Source: Malacoraja senta (lineage: Eukaryota). Taken from it: a stretch of DNA of 64,000 nucleotides. The notes beneath the pieces were generated by a model. That model saw only the letters and a list, made by a program, of their open reading frames with translations, did no database searches and was not told the DNA's origin. Made by a program: the position numbers and the translations under genes. Where the stretch lies: positions 124,001 to 188,000 of the forward strand of contig CM075989.1 in NCBI GenBank assembly GCA_038087875.1, read 5' to 3'. Positions 12,103 through 23,944 of this stretch are shown here, one piece after another (position 1 is the first letter of the stretch; each line of letters begins with the position of its first letter).

Positions 12103-14485
12103 AACCATATAACCATATAACAATTACAGCACGGAAACAGGCCATCTCGACCCTTCTAGTCCGTGCCGAACACGCATTCTCCCCTAGTCCCATATACCTG
12201 CACTCAGAGCATAACCCTTCATTCCTTTCCCGTCCATATAGCTATCCAATTTATTTTTAAATGATAAAAACGAACATGCCTCCACCACCTTCACTGGAAG
12301 CTCATTCCACACAGCCACCACTCTCTGAGTAAAGAAGTTCCCCCTCATCTTACCCCTAAACTTCTGTCCCTTAATTCTTAAGTCATCTCCCCTTGTTTGA
12401 ATCTTCCCTACTCTCAGTGGGAAAAGCTTATCCACGTCAACTCTGTCTATCCCTCTCATCATTTTAAAGACCTCTATCAAGTCCCCCCTTAACCTTCTGC
12501 GCTCCAAAGAATAAAGCCCTAACTTGTTCAACCTTTCTCTGTAACTTAGTTGCTGAAACCCAGGCAACATTCTAGTAAATCTCCTCTCTACTCTCTCTAT
12601 TTTGTTGACATCCTTCCTATAATTAGGCGACCAAAATTGTACACCATACTCCAGAATTGGCTTCACCAATGCCTTGTACAATTTTAACATTACATCCCAA
12701 CTTCTATACTCAATGCTCTGATTTATAAAAGCCAGCACAACAAAAGCTTTCTTTACCACCCTATCTACATGAGATTCCTCTTTCAGGGAACTGTGCACAG
12801 TTATTCCAAGATCCCTCTGTTCACCTGCATTCTTCAATTCCCTACCATTTACCATGTACGTCCTATTTTGATTTGTCCTGCCAAGATGTAGCACCTCACA
12901 CTTATCAGCATCAAACTCCATCTGCCATCTTTCAGCCCACTCTTCCAACCGGCATAAATCTCTCCAGTTACGTGCGGTTGCTGTTCATCGATTTCAGCTC
13001 CGCCTTCAACACAGTCATCCCCCAACACCTGGTGAATAAACTCGGCGAAATAGGCATCAGCACCCCACTATGCAACTGGTTACTGGACTTCCTCACCGAC
13101 AGACCACAGACAGTAAGAGTTGACAAAAACTCATGAGAGACCACCATCATGAACACCGGGGTCCCACAGGGATGTGTGCTGAGCCCTCTGTTGTTCACGC
13201 TGATGACACATGACTGTTGTGCCAAACATAACTCGAACCACATCATCAAGTTCGTAGATGACACAACAGTGGTGGGCCTCATCAGCCACGATGACGACTC
13301 AGCCTACAGAGAGGAGGTACAACAACTCATCAACTGGTGTGACATCAATAACCTTCAACTCAATGTCAATAAAACAAAATAAATAACTGTGGACTTCAGG
13401 AAGAAACAGACAGCACACACCCCACTCACCATAAATGGCAGTGCAGTGGAGTCTGTGAAAAGCACCAAGTTCCTGGAGTACACATCACAGATGATCAGAC
13501 ATGGTCCACCAACACCATCTCCCTAGTCAAGAAAGCACAGCAACGCCTCCGCTTCCTTCGACGGATGAGGAGAGCCGACCTCCCCCCTTCTGCCCTCACA
13601 ACTTTTTACAGGGGTGCCATTGAGAGCATTCTTACCAGCAGTCTCTCAGTCTGGTATGGCAGTTGCTCTGCTGCTGACCAGAAGGCCCTACAGAGAGTGG
13701 TGAGGACAGCGGAGAAGATCACTAGATCACCCCAACTAGCAATCCAAGACTTATACCTATCTCGCTGTCGCAAGAGAGCAACCAATATCATCAAAGACAC
13801 CACCCACCCAGCACACAAACTGTTCACCCTCCTACCATCCGGCAAGCGCTACTGCAGCATGCGGAGCAAAACCACAAGATTCAAAAACAGCTTTTTCCCT
13901 CAGGCCATCAGACTACTCAACACACTCAAGAAAATTCCATGAACATTACACAAACAAGGACCAACTGACTGTCAAATTAACTTTAACCCAATGTCTGCAG
14001 TATGCTATTTGCACTTTTCTATATTGCACCTTTTATTAATGAATATTTTATATAATGTATATGTCTATTTTTATTGGTATATTGTCTGTCTGTGTTATAA
14101 ATATTACTTGCACATTGGAGTATGGGGAAACGCAATTTCAATCCGCTGTGTAACTACTTGTTGCATTATTTGAATTGACAATAAAGTTACTATTACTATT
14201 ACTATTACTATCTCTGTAGACTTTGAAAATCTACTTCATTATCCACAGCCCCACCTATCTTAGTATCATCTGCATACTTACTAATCCAATTTACCACACT
14301 ATCATCCAGATCATTGATGTACATGTCAAACAACAGTGGACCCAACACAAATCCCTGTGGCACCCCATTAGTCACCGGCCTCCAACCTGACAAACAACCA
14401 TCCACCATTACTCTCTGGCATCTCCCATTCAGCCACTGTTGAATCCATCTTGCTACTCCACCATTAATACCCAACCATTGAACCA
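12103..14485 (-). mobile_element. CR1 nested in the DIRS 3' region
   Basis: ORF2 pieces 14208-14486 and 12184-12948 join at [11 protein letters not shown]; (ATAACCAT)n tail; possible TTTAT TSD. Confidence 0.9.
12966..14209 (+). mobile_element. Rex1/Babar LINE 3' fragment nested in the CR1
   Basis: [43 protein letters not shown]; (TATTAC)n tail. Confidence 0.9.
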
Positions 14486-14514
14486 TTTATGATAGAGGGT
14501 TGGGCCGTGGTGGG

Positions 14515-14626
14515 CACGTAATCACCAACGTAACTCCTCATAAAATAAAGATCAAACTTCAAACTGGTAAGTTCTCGTTTAATCTTACTATTTTACTTCG
14601 GAGTCACGTGAGTGACTACGTGAAGA
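14515..14626. other. DIRS internal complementary region (ICR)
   Basis: 14591-14626 is complementary to the element's 5' terminus; 14515-14528 is complementary to the right-ITR extension (TTGGAGATTACGTG). Confidence 0.85.
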
Positions 14627-14801
14627 TTTTAAAGCTTTGTGATTTCATGCCGCAGATACAAATCCAGGCTTCTCACTGCATTGATTGTCTCGGAAAAAGA
14701 AATAATCAATAATGCATTAATAATGACATTTGTACAACAAATGCAGTAATTCATTTATTTTAATAATGAAATTAATAGGATCCACTTTAAACCAGAGGAA
14801 T

Positions 14802-16530
14802 TTATACTGAACTTAATATAGTTTCTGCAAACAGCCCCGTATTAGCAATAGGCCGATGGTAAAACTGTTGAAACATCAACTCATTGGACCACCCGGCAGC
14901 TGCGAGAATATGGTCGACGGGGACGTCCTTTGCCCTGGCCGCCAACGTTGCTGCTGCCCTAGACAAATGGGACGTTAAATCATCAGTGTTAAAACCTGCA
15001 GCTATCAAGACTTGTTTTTGCCATCTTGAAACAATCCAGTTTCCATATTTCGTAAGACCTTTGTAACCTCAATGTATTGTAACAAATATGTCTTAATACA
15101 GAGTCATGGATCCGTTGGATATGCTGACAAAACAATTCTGAATCCTGTCACACCTGGCCTACTTTGTTTCAGTAGGTCATAAATGTAAAACATAACATTA
15201 TCTTCAGCTACTTCCATCCTGTCTATTTGCAATTGTTGCAATGTCTGCACTCGCTGTGTTGTTACTAATGCCATTAGCATGACCACTTTCATACTGAGTT
15301 TGGCCAAAGTTAAAGACATACCAGGAGACCATTCACGAAGTAGCTTAAGAACCACACTTACATCCCAGATTGCCATGTACCTCGGCTTAGGAGGTCTGGA
15401 ATTAAAAATTCCTTTCATAAATCTGGAAACAAGTGGATGAGACCTAATAGGATTTCCTTCTGACTCCACAAATTAATATGAGGACAATTGATTTGATTTG
15501 ATTTGATTTTTGATTTGATTTAATTTATTGTCATTGCACTTTTCAGTGCAACGAAATGGTTTAGCCTGCAGTCATAACATAGAATAAATAACAAAAACAC
15601 GCACGCAACACAGTTTAACATCCACCACAGTGAGTCCACCAGGCACCTCCTCACTGTGATGGAAGGCAAAAAGTCCTCAAATCCATGTCTTTTCCCTCCT
15701 TGATCTCCCTCTGCGCTGAGGCGATCCAGGCCTCCGATGTTGTGACCCTGCCTGGTGATGGTAAGTCAGTCCCGCGGCTGAATCCGAACGGGCCGGTTCA
15801 AACTCCGCCGCCGGGGGCAGTCGAAGCTGCCGCCCTCCAGTCCAGCGGACGCAGCTGTTGTTGCGGTTGCTACGGAAAAACAGGTCACCAACCAGTGACC
15901 TGCGAGCTCCCGACGATGTCGTCCACTGGCCCTCGCCGAGCCTCCGAGGCTCCGAAGTCGGGTCGGAAGTCGGGTCGCAACGCCACCACAGCCCCGAAGT
16001 CGGCCAGCCCCGCGCTGGCAAGTCCCGGCTGGCTCTGCCTCCCGAGCCCCGAGGTCGGTCCCAGTTGGAGGCCGCCAACTCCGCGATAGGCCTCAGCGCA
16101 GATGGAGACGGAGACGGGGGATACGGCAAGAAAGGTCTCATCCCCCCCGAAGGAAGAGCCAAAAAACATGCTTCTCCCACCCCCCCACACATACACAACT
16201 AAAATAAACCCAAACGAACCGCAACAACGGGACAAAAGAAAACGAAAAAAGAAAAGACAAACGGACTGCAGGCGAGCCGCAGCTGCAAGGCAGCGCCGCC
16301 ACTTCACAATGCACTCCTGGCTGAATTAATTGCACTATAACTCAACTCCTCATCGTAGTAAAGTGTTGACAAAAACTCTAAAACATTTGAGATATCTGCC
16401 GTACAATATTCAATATTCTTTTGTACACAGAACTTTTCCCATTTCTTAATATAAGAAAGTTACTGCTTTTGAGTGCTCTTCCTCCAGGCTGCCGTAAGCA
16501 TGTCCACAGTACGCCCAGACAATCCTCGCC
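14802..16530 (-). pseudogene. DIRS tyrosine recombinase, interrupted and partly deleted
   Basis: SAM-like N-terminus (AAWRKST..ARSALSS, HPLVSRFMKG), catalytic R (QRVQTL), H-x-x-R (HLSR), AAGW and Y (FQQFY). Split by the insertion at 15489-16305. Confidence 0.88.
15489..16305 (-). mobile_element. ~817-bp non-autonomous retroelement (GC-rich body, Rex1-like 3' tail)
   Basis: ACAAT TSD at 15484-15488 and 16306-16310; 5' end GAAGTGGCGGCG; 3' end TGACAATAAA followed by (AATCA)n; no coding similarity. Confidence 0.75.
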
Positions 16531-16545
16531 CGAGAAATGGCCTTC

Positions 16546-16900
16546 TTAAAACCTGCAAATTAACAAATCCAAACGATCATATAATGGATGTTGTTCTCCT
16601 GCTACCGGATGCAGTAGTAAATCCCTTCTTTTCGGGACTTTCATCAAAGGCTGTGTCGTCAATTCTAATATCAAAGGAAACCATGGCTGTAGGCCAATCT
16701 GGTACCACCAATACCCCTGAAGCGGTATCTTGCCTGATTTTAAGCAAACACCGACACGAGGCAGAAAGATGGAAATGCATACAAAAACATACCACCCCAA
16801 TGTAGCGAGAAAGCATCAATCGCTACTGCACCTGGATCTGGTTCCCATGACACATATCACGATAGCTGATGATTTAATCTAGATGCGAACAAGTCGATAT
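16546..16900 (-). pseudogene. DIRS Dam-like N6-adenine methyltransferase domain, frameshifted
   Basis: PDIDLFASRLNHQL, PDPGAVAIDAF, KIRQDTASGVLVVPDWP, PWFP, immediately downstream of RNase H. Confidence 0.75.
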
Positions 16901-19193
16901 CTGGCATTCCAAATCCGATTACTATGTCATTGAATACCTCTCGATTCAACATCCATTCTTTGTTGTCATGGAATTTTCTTGACCTGGTGTCTGCTATAAT
17001 ATTCAATCTACCTGGTAGATAAATAGCTGAAATCCAAATATTCCTGTCAATACACCAAGACCAGATTTGATTAGCCAGCTTGTCACATGATACCGACTTG
17101 ATTCCCCCCATATGATTAATATATGCAACTGCTGTTGTGTTATCAATTTGAAACTGAACATGCAGGTTAGTCGTGTTAGAGCAATAAGCTTGGAGTCCAT
17201 AGAAACCTCCTAGAAGCTCCAAATAGTTGATTCCCCATGTCTGCAGAAACAATGCCTCTTCCACATTCCATCTGCCTCCGCAGCTGGATACCAAATCAGT
17301 TGCACCCCATCCTAGTGCACTGACATCCGTTTGTAATACCATGGAAGGCTGTTCAATCAGTATTTTACTGAAACTGCTTGAGACATGTTGAATCCACCAC
17401 TGCAAATCAGAAACAGCATTTGTTGTTAATTGCATGGCCCTATCAAAATGGCCACCATGCATCCTCAGTGCCTGTTCTTTAGCTCTCTGTAGCTGTTGGT
17501 AATGTAATGACCCATATTGTACTGCTGGAAAAGGTGCTACTAATTTCCCCAGCACTCTAGCCACATGTCTAATTGAAGGTATTTGCTCATTTAACAGCTT
17601 AATGCAATCATCAATCAACTCCACCCTTTTTTCACTGGGCAAAGTAATTTCCATGTGAACTGAATCAATTGTGAAACCTAAATAATCAATTGATGTACGT
17701 GGTGTTAACCTTGATTTCTTTGGATGAATTAGAAAACCCAAACTTTCAAAAGTGGATTTAACAACTGAAACAGATAACTCTGCTAACTCTTTTGTTCGTC
17801 CTATAATGAGAACATCATCCAGGTACGCCATTACCGCATGCACCTGGCCTCTCAGCAGTCCCAGAATTGGTTTTAATAATTTAGTGAATATTCTGGGAGC
17901 TGAAGTTAACCCATTAGGCAGAGCTTTAAACTGCCATAACTGGCTCATCCAGGTAAATGTTAGATATTTTCTATCTTCCAAATGAACAGACACTGAATAA
18001 TATGCATCTTTTAGATCTATAGTTGCCGTATAACATGCTTTTGAAATAAGTTGCTTGGCAGTCACAAAAGTCTCCATTTTAAAGTGTCTAAATTGAACAA
18101 AAGGATTAAGACTTGACAAGTCCAAAATAATCCTACATCCTCCATCCCTTTTAGGTCGGGGAAATATATTAGACACAAATTGGTGGGTTTGACAAACCGA
18201 CTTTTCAATAACACATTTATTACATAGGTTTTCAAGTTCAGCTTGAACCTCCATCACTTCTTTTTGTGAAAACTGGAGTATTCTGCTAGGAAAATGCTGG
18301 ATGGGCAAATCATAATTTGGATCGATCTCAATTCGAAATCCTTGTATAATACGCAGAATTACAAAGTCTGAAGTAATCTGCTTCCATCTTTTATAGAAGA
18401 GATGTAATCTGCCCCCAAATTTTGGCGGTACTGCCTTTAATATGTTCCCATGAGAACCAGGTCCACCTACCTCCTTAGTCACTTGAGTAACATGTGGTCC
18501 CTGACTTCTGGCGGGAAGACCCACGCTTGTTCGTGTTCCCGCTGCAGGTCGCCAACTACGTCCCTGCGACGATGATCGACTTGTTTCTGGTGTAGGCCCA
18601 GGATCAGTATGACGTCTGAAAGGATACCTCCTCTTTACAGACTTGCCAACCATCGATGTTTTAATCAAACCGGCTGTTTTTGCCTCATCCTCCAACTCCT
18701 TCACACGTCTCCCGAGATCCTCTCCAAAGAATAAGTTGGGTAGCTGCACATTACTAGGCTTGCAGAGTGCTGCGAATTTGGGATTGATGGTGGGCCGAAT
18801 AGCACACTTCCTCAAACAATTGATCTCGAAGTGGGTGCTACATAGCAACCCCAGTGCCTCCTGATGCAACTCCGTCATCTGTTGGCCTCTATCCTTTATT
18901 CTGGCAAATGCAGTTATTCCAGAACCCAGCAGCTTTAAAATTCTCTGCAGATTTATTTCTTGAGCTCTCATAGTCATGCTGATCTGATCCCATATCACTT
19001 GGTTTACTGCTTGTACTTTCAATAATACGCAGTTCCTCGGGGTCTCGTGCTTTTTGGCAGTTTCATCCATCGCAAGCTGTTCCAGCTGATGGGATACCAA
19101 ATAGTTGATTGTGGAGGCCAACTCCTCTCCCAGTGGCTCTCCTGACCCTGACGGGGCAGTGAATCGTACTGCCAGAGGTGGAATATCTGGCAT
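16857..19193 (-). CDS. DIRS gag C-terminus-RT-RNase H open frame (778 aa)
   Basis: GGRL, RIILDLSSLN, IDLKDAY, LPNGLTSAPRIFTK, YLDD, TDVSALGWG, INYLEL, DNTTAV. Confidence 0.88.
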   Translation of the reverse strand: MPDIPPLAVRFTAPSGSGEPLGEELASTINYLVSHQLEQLAMDETAKKHETPRNCVLLKVQAVNQVIWDQISMTMRAQEINLQRILKLLGSGITAFARIKDRGQQMTELHQEALGLLCSTHFEINCLRKCAIRPTINPKFAALCKPSNVQLPNLFFGEDLGRRVKELEDEAKTAGLIKTSMVGKSVKRRYPFRRHTDPGPTPETSRSSSQGRSWRPAAGTRTSVGLPARSQGPHVTQVTKEVGGPGSHGNILKAVPPKFGGRLHLFYKRWKQITSDFVILRIIQGFRIEIDPNYDLPIQHFPSRILQFSQKEVMEVQAELENLCNKCVIEKSVCQTHQFVSNIFPRPKRDGGCRIILDLSSLNPFVQFRHFKMETFVTAKQLISKACYTATIDLKDAYYSVSVHLEDRKYLTFTWMSQLWQFKALPNGLTSAPRIFTKLLKPILGLLRGQVHAVMAYLDDVLIIGRTKELAELSVSVVKSTFESLGFLIHPKKSRLTPRTSIDYLGFTIDSVHMEITLPSEKRVELIDDCIKLLNEQIPSIRHVARVLGKLVAPFPAVQYGSLHYQQLQRAKEQALRMHGGHFDRAMQLTTNAVSDLQWWIQHVSSSFSKILIEQPSMVLQTDVSALGWGATDLVSSCGGRWNVEEALFLQTWGINYLELLGGFYGLQAYCSNTTNLHVQFQIDNTTAVAYINHMGGIKSVSCDKLANQIWSWCIDRNIWISAIYLPGRLNIIADTRSRKFHDNKEWMLNREVFNDIVIGFGMPDIDLFASRLNHQLS

Positions 19194-19681
19194 CTGCCGT
19201 TCTTCGCTTGAATCGGCCTCACCGTCAGAGTCGGGGTCAGAACTCTGCTGACCCTGTGCATGCGCCTCATCAATGAGGGTGCTCTCAAACAGCCCTTTGC
19301 TAGGTACTGCTGAACTGGCTTCTGGAGCCTGGCTTTGGCGACACTGAGTGTGCTTTTCTCCAGTAACCTGTGTATCAGGCTTTCCATCTGGGAGATCCGC
19401 TCAAAAGCGGTATCCAACCCTGGAGTTACATCCTCCTCATTGAACTCCTCCTCCGCGGGCCATACGGACTTGAATTTTGCCTTGCGCCCCACTGGCGCTG
19501 ACTGAGTTCTTTTCAACCCCAAGTCCACAGTCGCTACGCTCCCTGCCGGCGAATGTACAGGGGTCTGAGGCGGCTGTTCGCCGACCGCAATATCGCGAAT
19601 TTCCAATGGCTTTGCCGCTCGCCTCTTCCCCTTGCCCCCTTTTTTTCCATGGCGCCTGTGGAAAAATCCCAACAGACCCAC
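19019..19681 (-). CDS. DIRS ORF1 (gag-like) N-terminal part, frameshifted relative to the downstream ORF
   Basis: Position just inside the 5' ITR; basic N-terminus and a coiled-coil-like segment. Confidence 0.55.
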   Translation of the reverse strand: MGLLGFFHRRHGKKGGKGKRRAAKPLEIRDIAVGEQPPQTPVHSPAGSVATVDLGLKRTQSAPVGRKAKFKSVWPAEEEFNEEDVTPGLDTAFERISQMESLIHRLLEKSTLSVAKARLQKPVQQYLAKGCLRAPSLMRRMHRVSRVLTPTLTVRPIQAKNGRCQIFHLWQYDSLPRQGQESHWERSWPPQSTIWYPISWNSLRWMKLPKSTRPRGTAYY

Positions 19682-19799
19682 AGCAAACGGACACGGAAAT
19701 ATCGAAAAAAGTGTTTTACTTACCTTGTAGTTTACAACTACATTTCCACTAGAGGAGCGCTGCTCCTCACATCCGTTCGCGCCAATGCGTCTGATGTAA

Positions 19800-19861
19800 T
19801 GACGCGCAGGCGCCCTGACAGGTCTTCTTCACATAGTCACTCACGTGACTTCGAAGTAAAA
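19800..19861. repeat. DIRS left (5') ITR
   Basis: Minus strand begins TTTTACTTCGAAGTCACGTGAGTGAC; matches both the ICR and the right ITR. Confidence 0.88.
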
Positions 19862-20100
19862 CAACGTTTTGTGGCTCAACATTGAACAACTCCAAAGACA
19901 CATTTGTAGTTGTTAGTGCCTTTCCAAAGCACTTTGCAAGTATGTGATGATTGGCGAATGAATAATTCGCTTCTCTTTACCTGCTCAATGAAGTAGACTG
20001 GAGCATACAACATCAGCATACAGATGTGGTCAGAGTGACACGTTTACATACAACATCAACATACAGATGTGAACAGGGTGACACATTTACATACAACATC

Positions 20101-20928
20101 AGACAATAGACAATAGACAATATGTGCAGAAGTAGGCCATTTGGCCCTTCGAGCCAGGACCACCATTCAATGTGATCATGGCTGATCATCCACAATCAGT
20201 ACCCCGTTCTTTCCTTCTCCCGATATCTTTAAGAGCTCTCTCCAACTCTCTCTTGAAAGCATCCAGAGAACTGGCCTCCACCGCCCTCTGAGGCAGAAAA
20301 TTCTACAGACTCATAAATCTCTGTGAAAAAAGTATTTCCTCATCTCTATACTAAATGGCTTACCTCTTATTCTTAAATTGTAGCCCCTGGTTCTGGACTC
20401 CCCCAACATTGGGAACATGTTTCCTGTCTCTAGCGTGTCCAAACACATAATAATCATATATGTTTCTATAAGATATCCTCTCATCCTTCTAAATTCCAGA
20501 GTATACAAACACAGCCGCTCCATTCTATCAGCATTTGACAGACCTACCATCCCGGGAATTAACGTGAACCTACGCTGCACTCCCTCAATACCAAGAATGT
20601 CCTTCCTCAAATTTGGAGACCAAAACTGTACATATTATGCCAGGTGTGGTCTCGCTAGGGCCCTGTACAACTGCAGAAGGACCTATTTGCTCCTATACCC
20701 AACTTCTCTTGTTTTGAAGGCCAACATGCCATTTGATTTCTTCACTGCCGGCTGTACCTGTATGTTTACTTTCAATGACTGATGAACAATGCCCCCCAGA
20801 TCCTGTTGTGCATCCCCTTTTCCCAACTTGACACCATTTAGATAATAATCTGCCTTCCTGTTTTCACCACCAAAGTGGATAACCTCACATGTATCCACAT
20901 TAAACTGCATCTGCCATGCATCTGCCCA
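20101..20928 (-). mobile_element. CR1 3' fragment inserted in a short ~38-bp minisatellite (20003-21020)
   Basis: (AGACAAT)n tail and ORF2 C-terminus; ACAACATCAGCATACAGATGTGG units on both sides. Confidence 0.85.
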
Positions 20929-21290
20929 CATATATGGACAGGGTGACACGTTACATGCAACATCAGCATACAGATGTGGACAGAGGAGCATGATGTCAGA
21001 TATGGCCAGAGGAGCATGATGAATATTACACGAATGAATTCAGAATTATTTTCTATATGATTTGTGAAAATCTTTACATTAGATTGTAAGATGAATCATG
21101 ATTACTGTAAATGCCATTTTTTTGCTCTGACAGGTTTTGCACAATTTTCTTTTTGGAAGAAGTGAATACTGATGCATTTTCTTAATTCATCATGGCTTAC
21201 GTAGGTGGGCTGACTTCTGATTTTACTTTACTGTGTACATTTAAATCGTATAGAGACGTATAACATTTTTAAAGGATTGGACAGGCTAGA

Positions 21291-23300
21291 TAATAATAAG
21301 CCTTTATTGTCATTGTACTTAGAAATACAACGAAATTAGGAGAGCTATTCCTGATCAGTGCAACCAAAACAAGTTAAAACAAGATAAAAACACATCCAAT
21401 AATCCAATATGTTATTTAACTGCTTAAAACAGTAGATAAATTACAATGATCACACCTAGGGAGAACATTGCACTGGGAGAATATTACACTTTAAAATGTA
21501 ATAACTACTTCAAAGGAATTAAAAAAGAAGAAATATTAGCTGAGTGGTCTGTTTTATAGTGGTATGGATGACAGCATCTCTTCGTGTTGTGTGGATAGTT
21601 GAGGAATTTAGAGTTCTGATGGCCCAGGGAAGGAAACTGTTCTTGAGTCTGTTTGTCCGGCTTTTGACACACCAGAGGGCAGGAGGTTGAACAGGAACTG
21701 TCGAGGATGGGAGTGGTCTTTGATTATTTTCCTGGCTCAGCAGAGGCACCGAGAGATGGAAATGTCTTCCAGGGAAGGCAGAGGGCAGCCGATGATTTTC
21801 TGGGCAGTTTTGATCACTCTCTGCTGGGCTGAGCAGCCGGCATACCACACTGTGATACAGTATGCCAGCACGCTCTTGATGGTGGAGCGGTAGTAGGCCA
21901 CCCGCAGCTTCTCCTCTAAACTGTTCTTCCTTAGCACTCTCAGGAAGTGCAACCAGGAGAGGTCCTCCGCGATGTGTGTTCCCAGGAATTTGAAGGTGGA
22001 AACCCTCTCGACACAGTCCCTGTTGATGTAGAGCGGGGCATGGTCCGCTCTGTGCCTTTTGTAGTCCATGACTATTTCCTTTGTTTTGCTGATGTTGAGT
22101 GCCAGGTTATTCGCAGAACATCACTCTGACAGCTTCAGGACCTCATCTCTGTATGCTGCCTCATCTCTTCCTGATATGATTCCGACCACCGTGGTGTCAT
22201 CCACAAATTTAATAATGAAGTTTGTTGAGTGGATGGCAGTGCAGTCATAAGTGTACATAGCATAGAGGAGTGGACTCAGCACACAGCCCTGTGGAGAACC
22301 AGTGCTGAGAGTGAGGGTGGAGGAGCAGTGGGGGCCCATTTTGACTGTTTGTGGGCGGTTAGTGAGGAACTCCTCTATCCAGGCGCAGGTGATAGGGGGG
22401 AAGTCTAAGTTCGACAGCTTGTGGACTAGTATGTCAGGGATGATCATATTAAAAGCTGAGCTATAGTCAATAAAAAGAATCCTTACATGGCTCCCCGGGT
22501 GTTCCAGATGGCTCAGTACTGTGTGGAGGGCAGTGGCGATGGCGTCCTCCGTCCATCTGTTTGCTCTGTAAGCAAACAGATGAGGGTCAAGGTTTGGAAG
22601 GAGGCTGGTTTTAATGTGCTGTGAAATTAGTCTTTCAAAGAAACATAGAAACATAGAAAATAGGTACAGGAGTAGGCCATTCGGCCCTTCGAGCCTGCAC
22701 CGCCATTCAATATGATCATGGCTGATCATCCAACTCAGTATCCTGTACCTGCCTTCTCTCCATACCCCCGGATCCCTTTAGCCACAAGCTTACATATAGC
22801 CAATGAACTGGCCTCAACTACCTTCTGTGGCAGAGAGTTCCAGAGATTCACCACTCTCTGTGTGAATTTTTTTTTCTCTTCTCGGTCCTAAAGGATTTCC
22901 CCTTTATTCTTAAACTGTGACCCCTTGTCCTGGACTTCCCCAACATCGGCTTCATGACTACTGATGTTAATGCAATTGGTCTGTAGTCATTGAGACTGTT
23001 AATGATTGACTTCTTAGGGACAGGGATGATGGTAGCCGACTTCAGACAAGGTGGAATGGTGGCTTGTGTCAGTGAAAGATTGAAGATCTTGGTAAAGACC
23101 CCTGTTAGCTGGTCTGCACAAGATTTAATTACTTTGCCAAGTACACCACCAGGTCAGCGGCTTTCCTTGGGTTCACCGACTTGAGCGCACGCCTCACTTG
23201 GTGTTACTGGAGAGTGAGCGAATGGGAGCTGGAGGTCGGTGGGTGCAGCGTGACTGCATGGGACCTCTTTGCCTCAAAGCGACCAATGAAATGGTTTAGT
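21291..23300 (-). mobile_element. Rex1/Babar LINE, degenerate, with a nested CR1 3' piece at 22641-22948
   Basis: FAYRANR, ILFIDYSSAFN, GSPQGCVLSP, KFVDD, NSFLPWAIRTLN; TGACAATAAA tail. Confidence 0.88.
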
Positions 23301-23304
23301 TTAG

Positions 23305-23612
23305 CAGGAAAAAATTTCTCAGTTTAAGAATAATGGGTCGGACATTTAAGACTGAGATGAGGACTTTTCCACCCAGAGAGTTGTGAAGATGTGGAATTAT
23401 TTGCCACAGATGGCAGTGGAGGCCAATTCACTGGATGTTTTCAAGAGAGTTAGATTTAGCTCTTAGGGCTAATGGAATCAAGGGATATTGGGAGAAAACA
23501 GGAACAGGGTTCTGATTCTGGAAGATCAGCCATGATCATATTGATTGGCAGTGCTAGCACGAGGGGCCAAATGGCCTATTCCTGCACCTATTTGTCTATG
23601 TTTCTGTGTTTC
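23305..23612 (+). mobile_element. CR1 3' end fragment
   Basis: TQRVVKMWN..P motif, CR1 3' UTR and TCTATGTT tail. Confidence 0.8.
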
Positions 23613-23944
23613 TCAACAGAAATGGTAAACTTTCTTCAGTAACAATAAGTAATCCAGTGAAAGGGGAGTGTTACTCTCGGAAGTTCACAGTCATAGAGTC
23701 ACCCAGCATGAAACAGGCCTGTCGGCGCAACTTGCCCATTGCCCAACATGCCCCGGAGTAGACTCGATGGGCCGAATGGCCGAATTCTGCTCTATGTCTT
23801 ATGGTCTTCACTGATATAACCTTCTGAACCTTCTAAATTTTGTAGTCGGCAGGGCAGTACTCTGCATATCGCCAACTTGGACAATTTTTCATTTTTATCA
23901 AGCCAATTAAACAACCCAATTAACCTGCAAACCTGAACATTCAA

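Larger units (their letters stand above)
11961..19861 (-). mobile_element. DIRS1-type tyrosine-recombinase retrotransposon, near full length, with nested insertions
   Basis: Inverted termini at 19800-19861 and 11961-12004, internal complementary region at 14515-14626, and gag, RT-RH-MT and YR domains in DIRS order on the minus strand. Confidence 0.93.
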
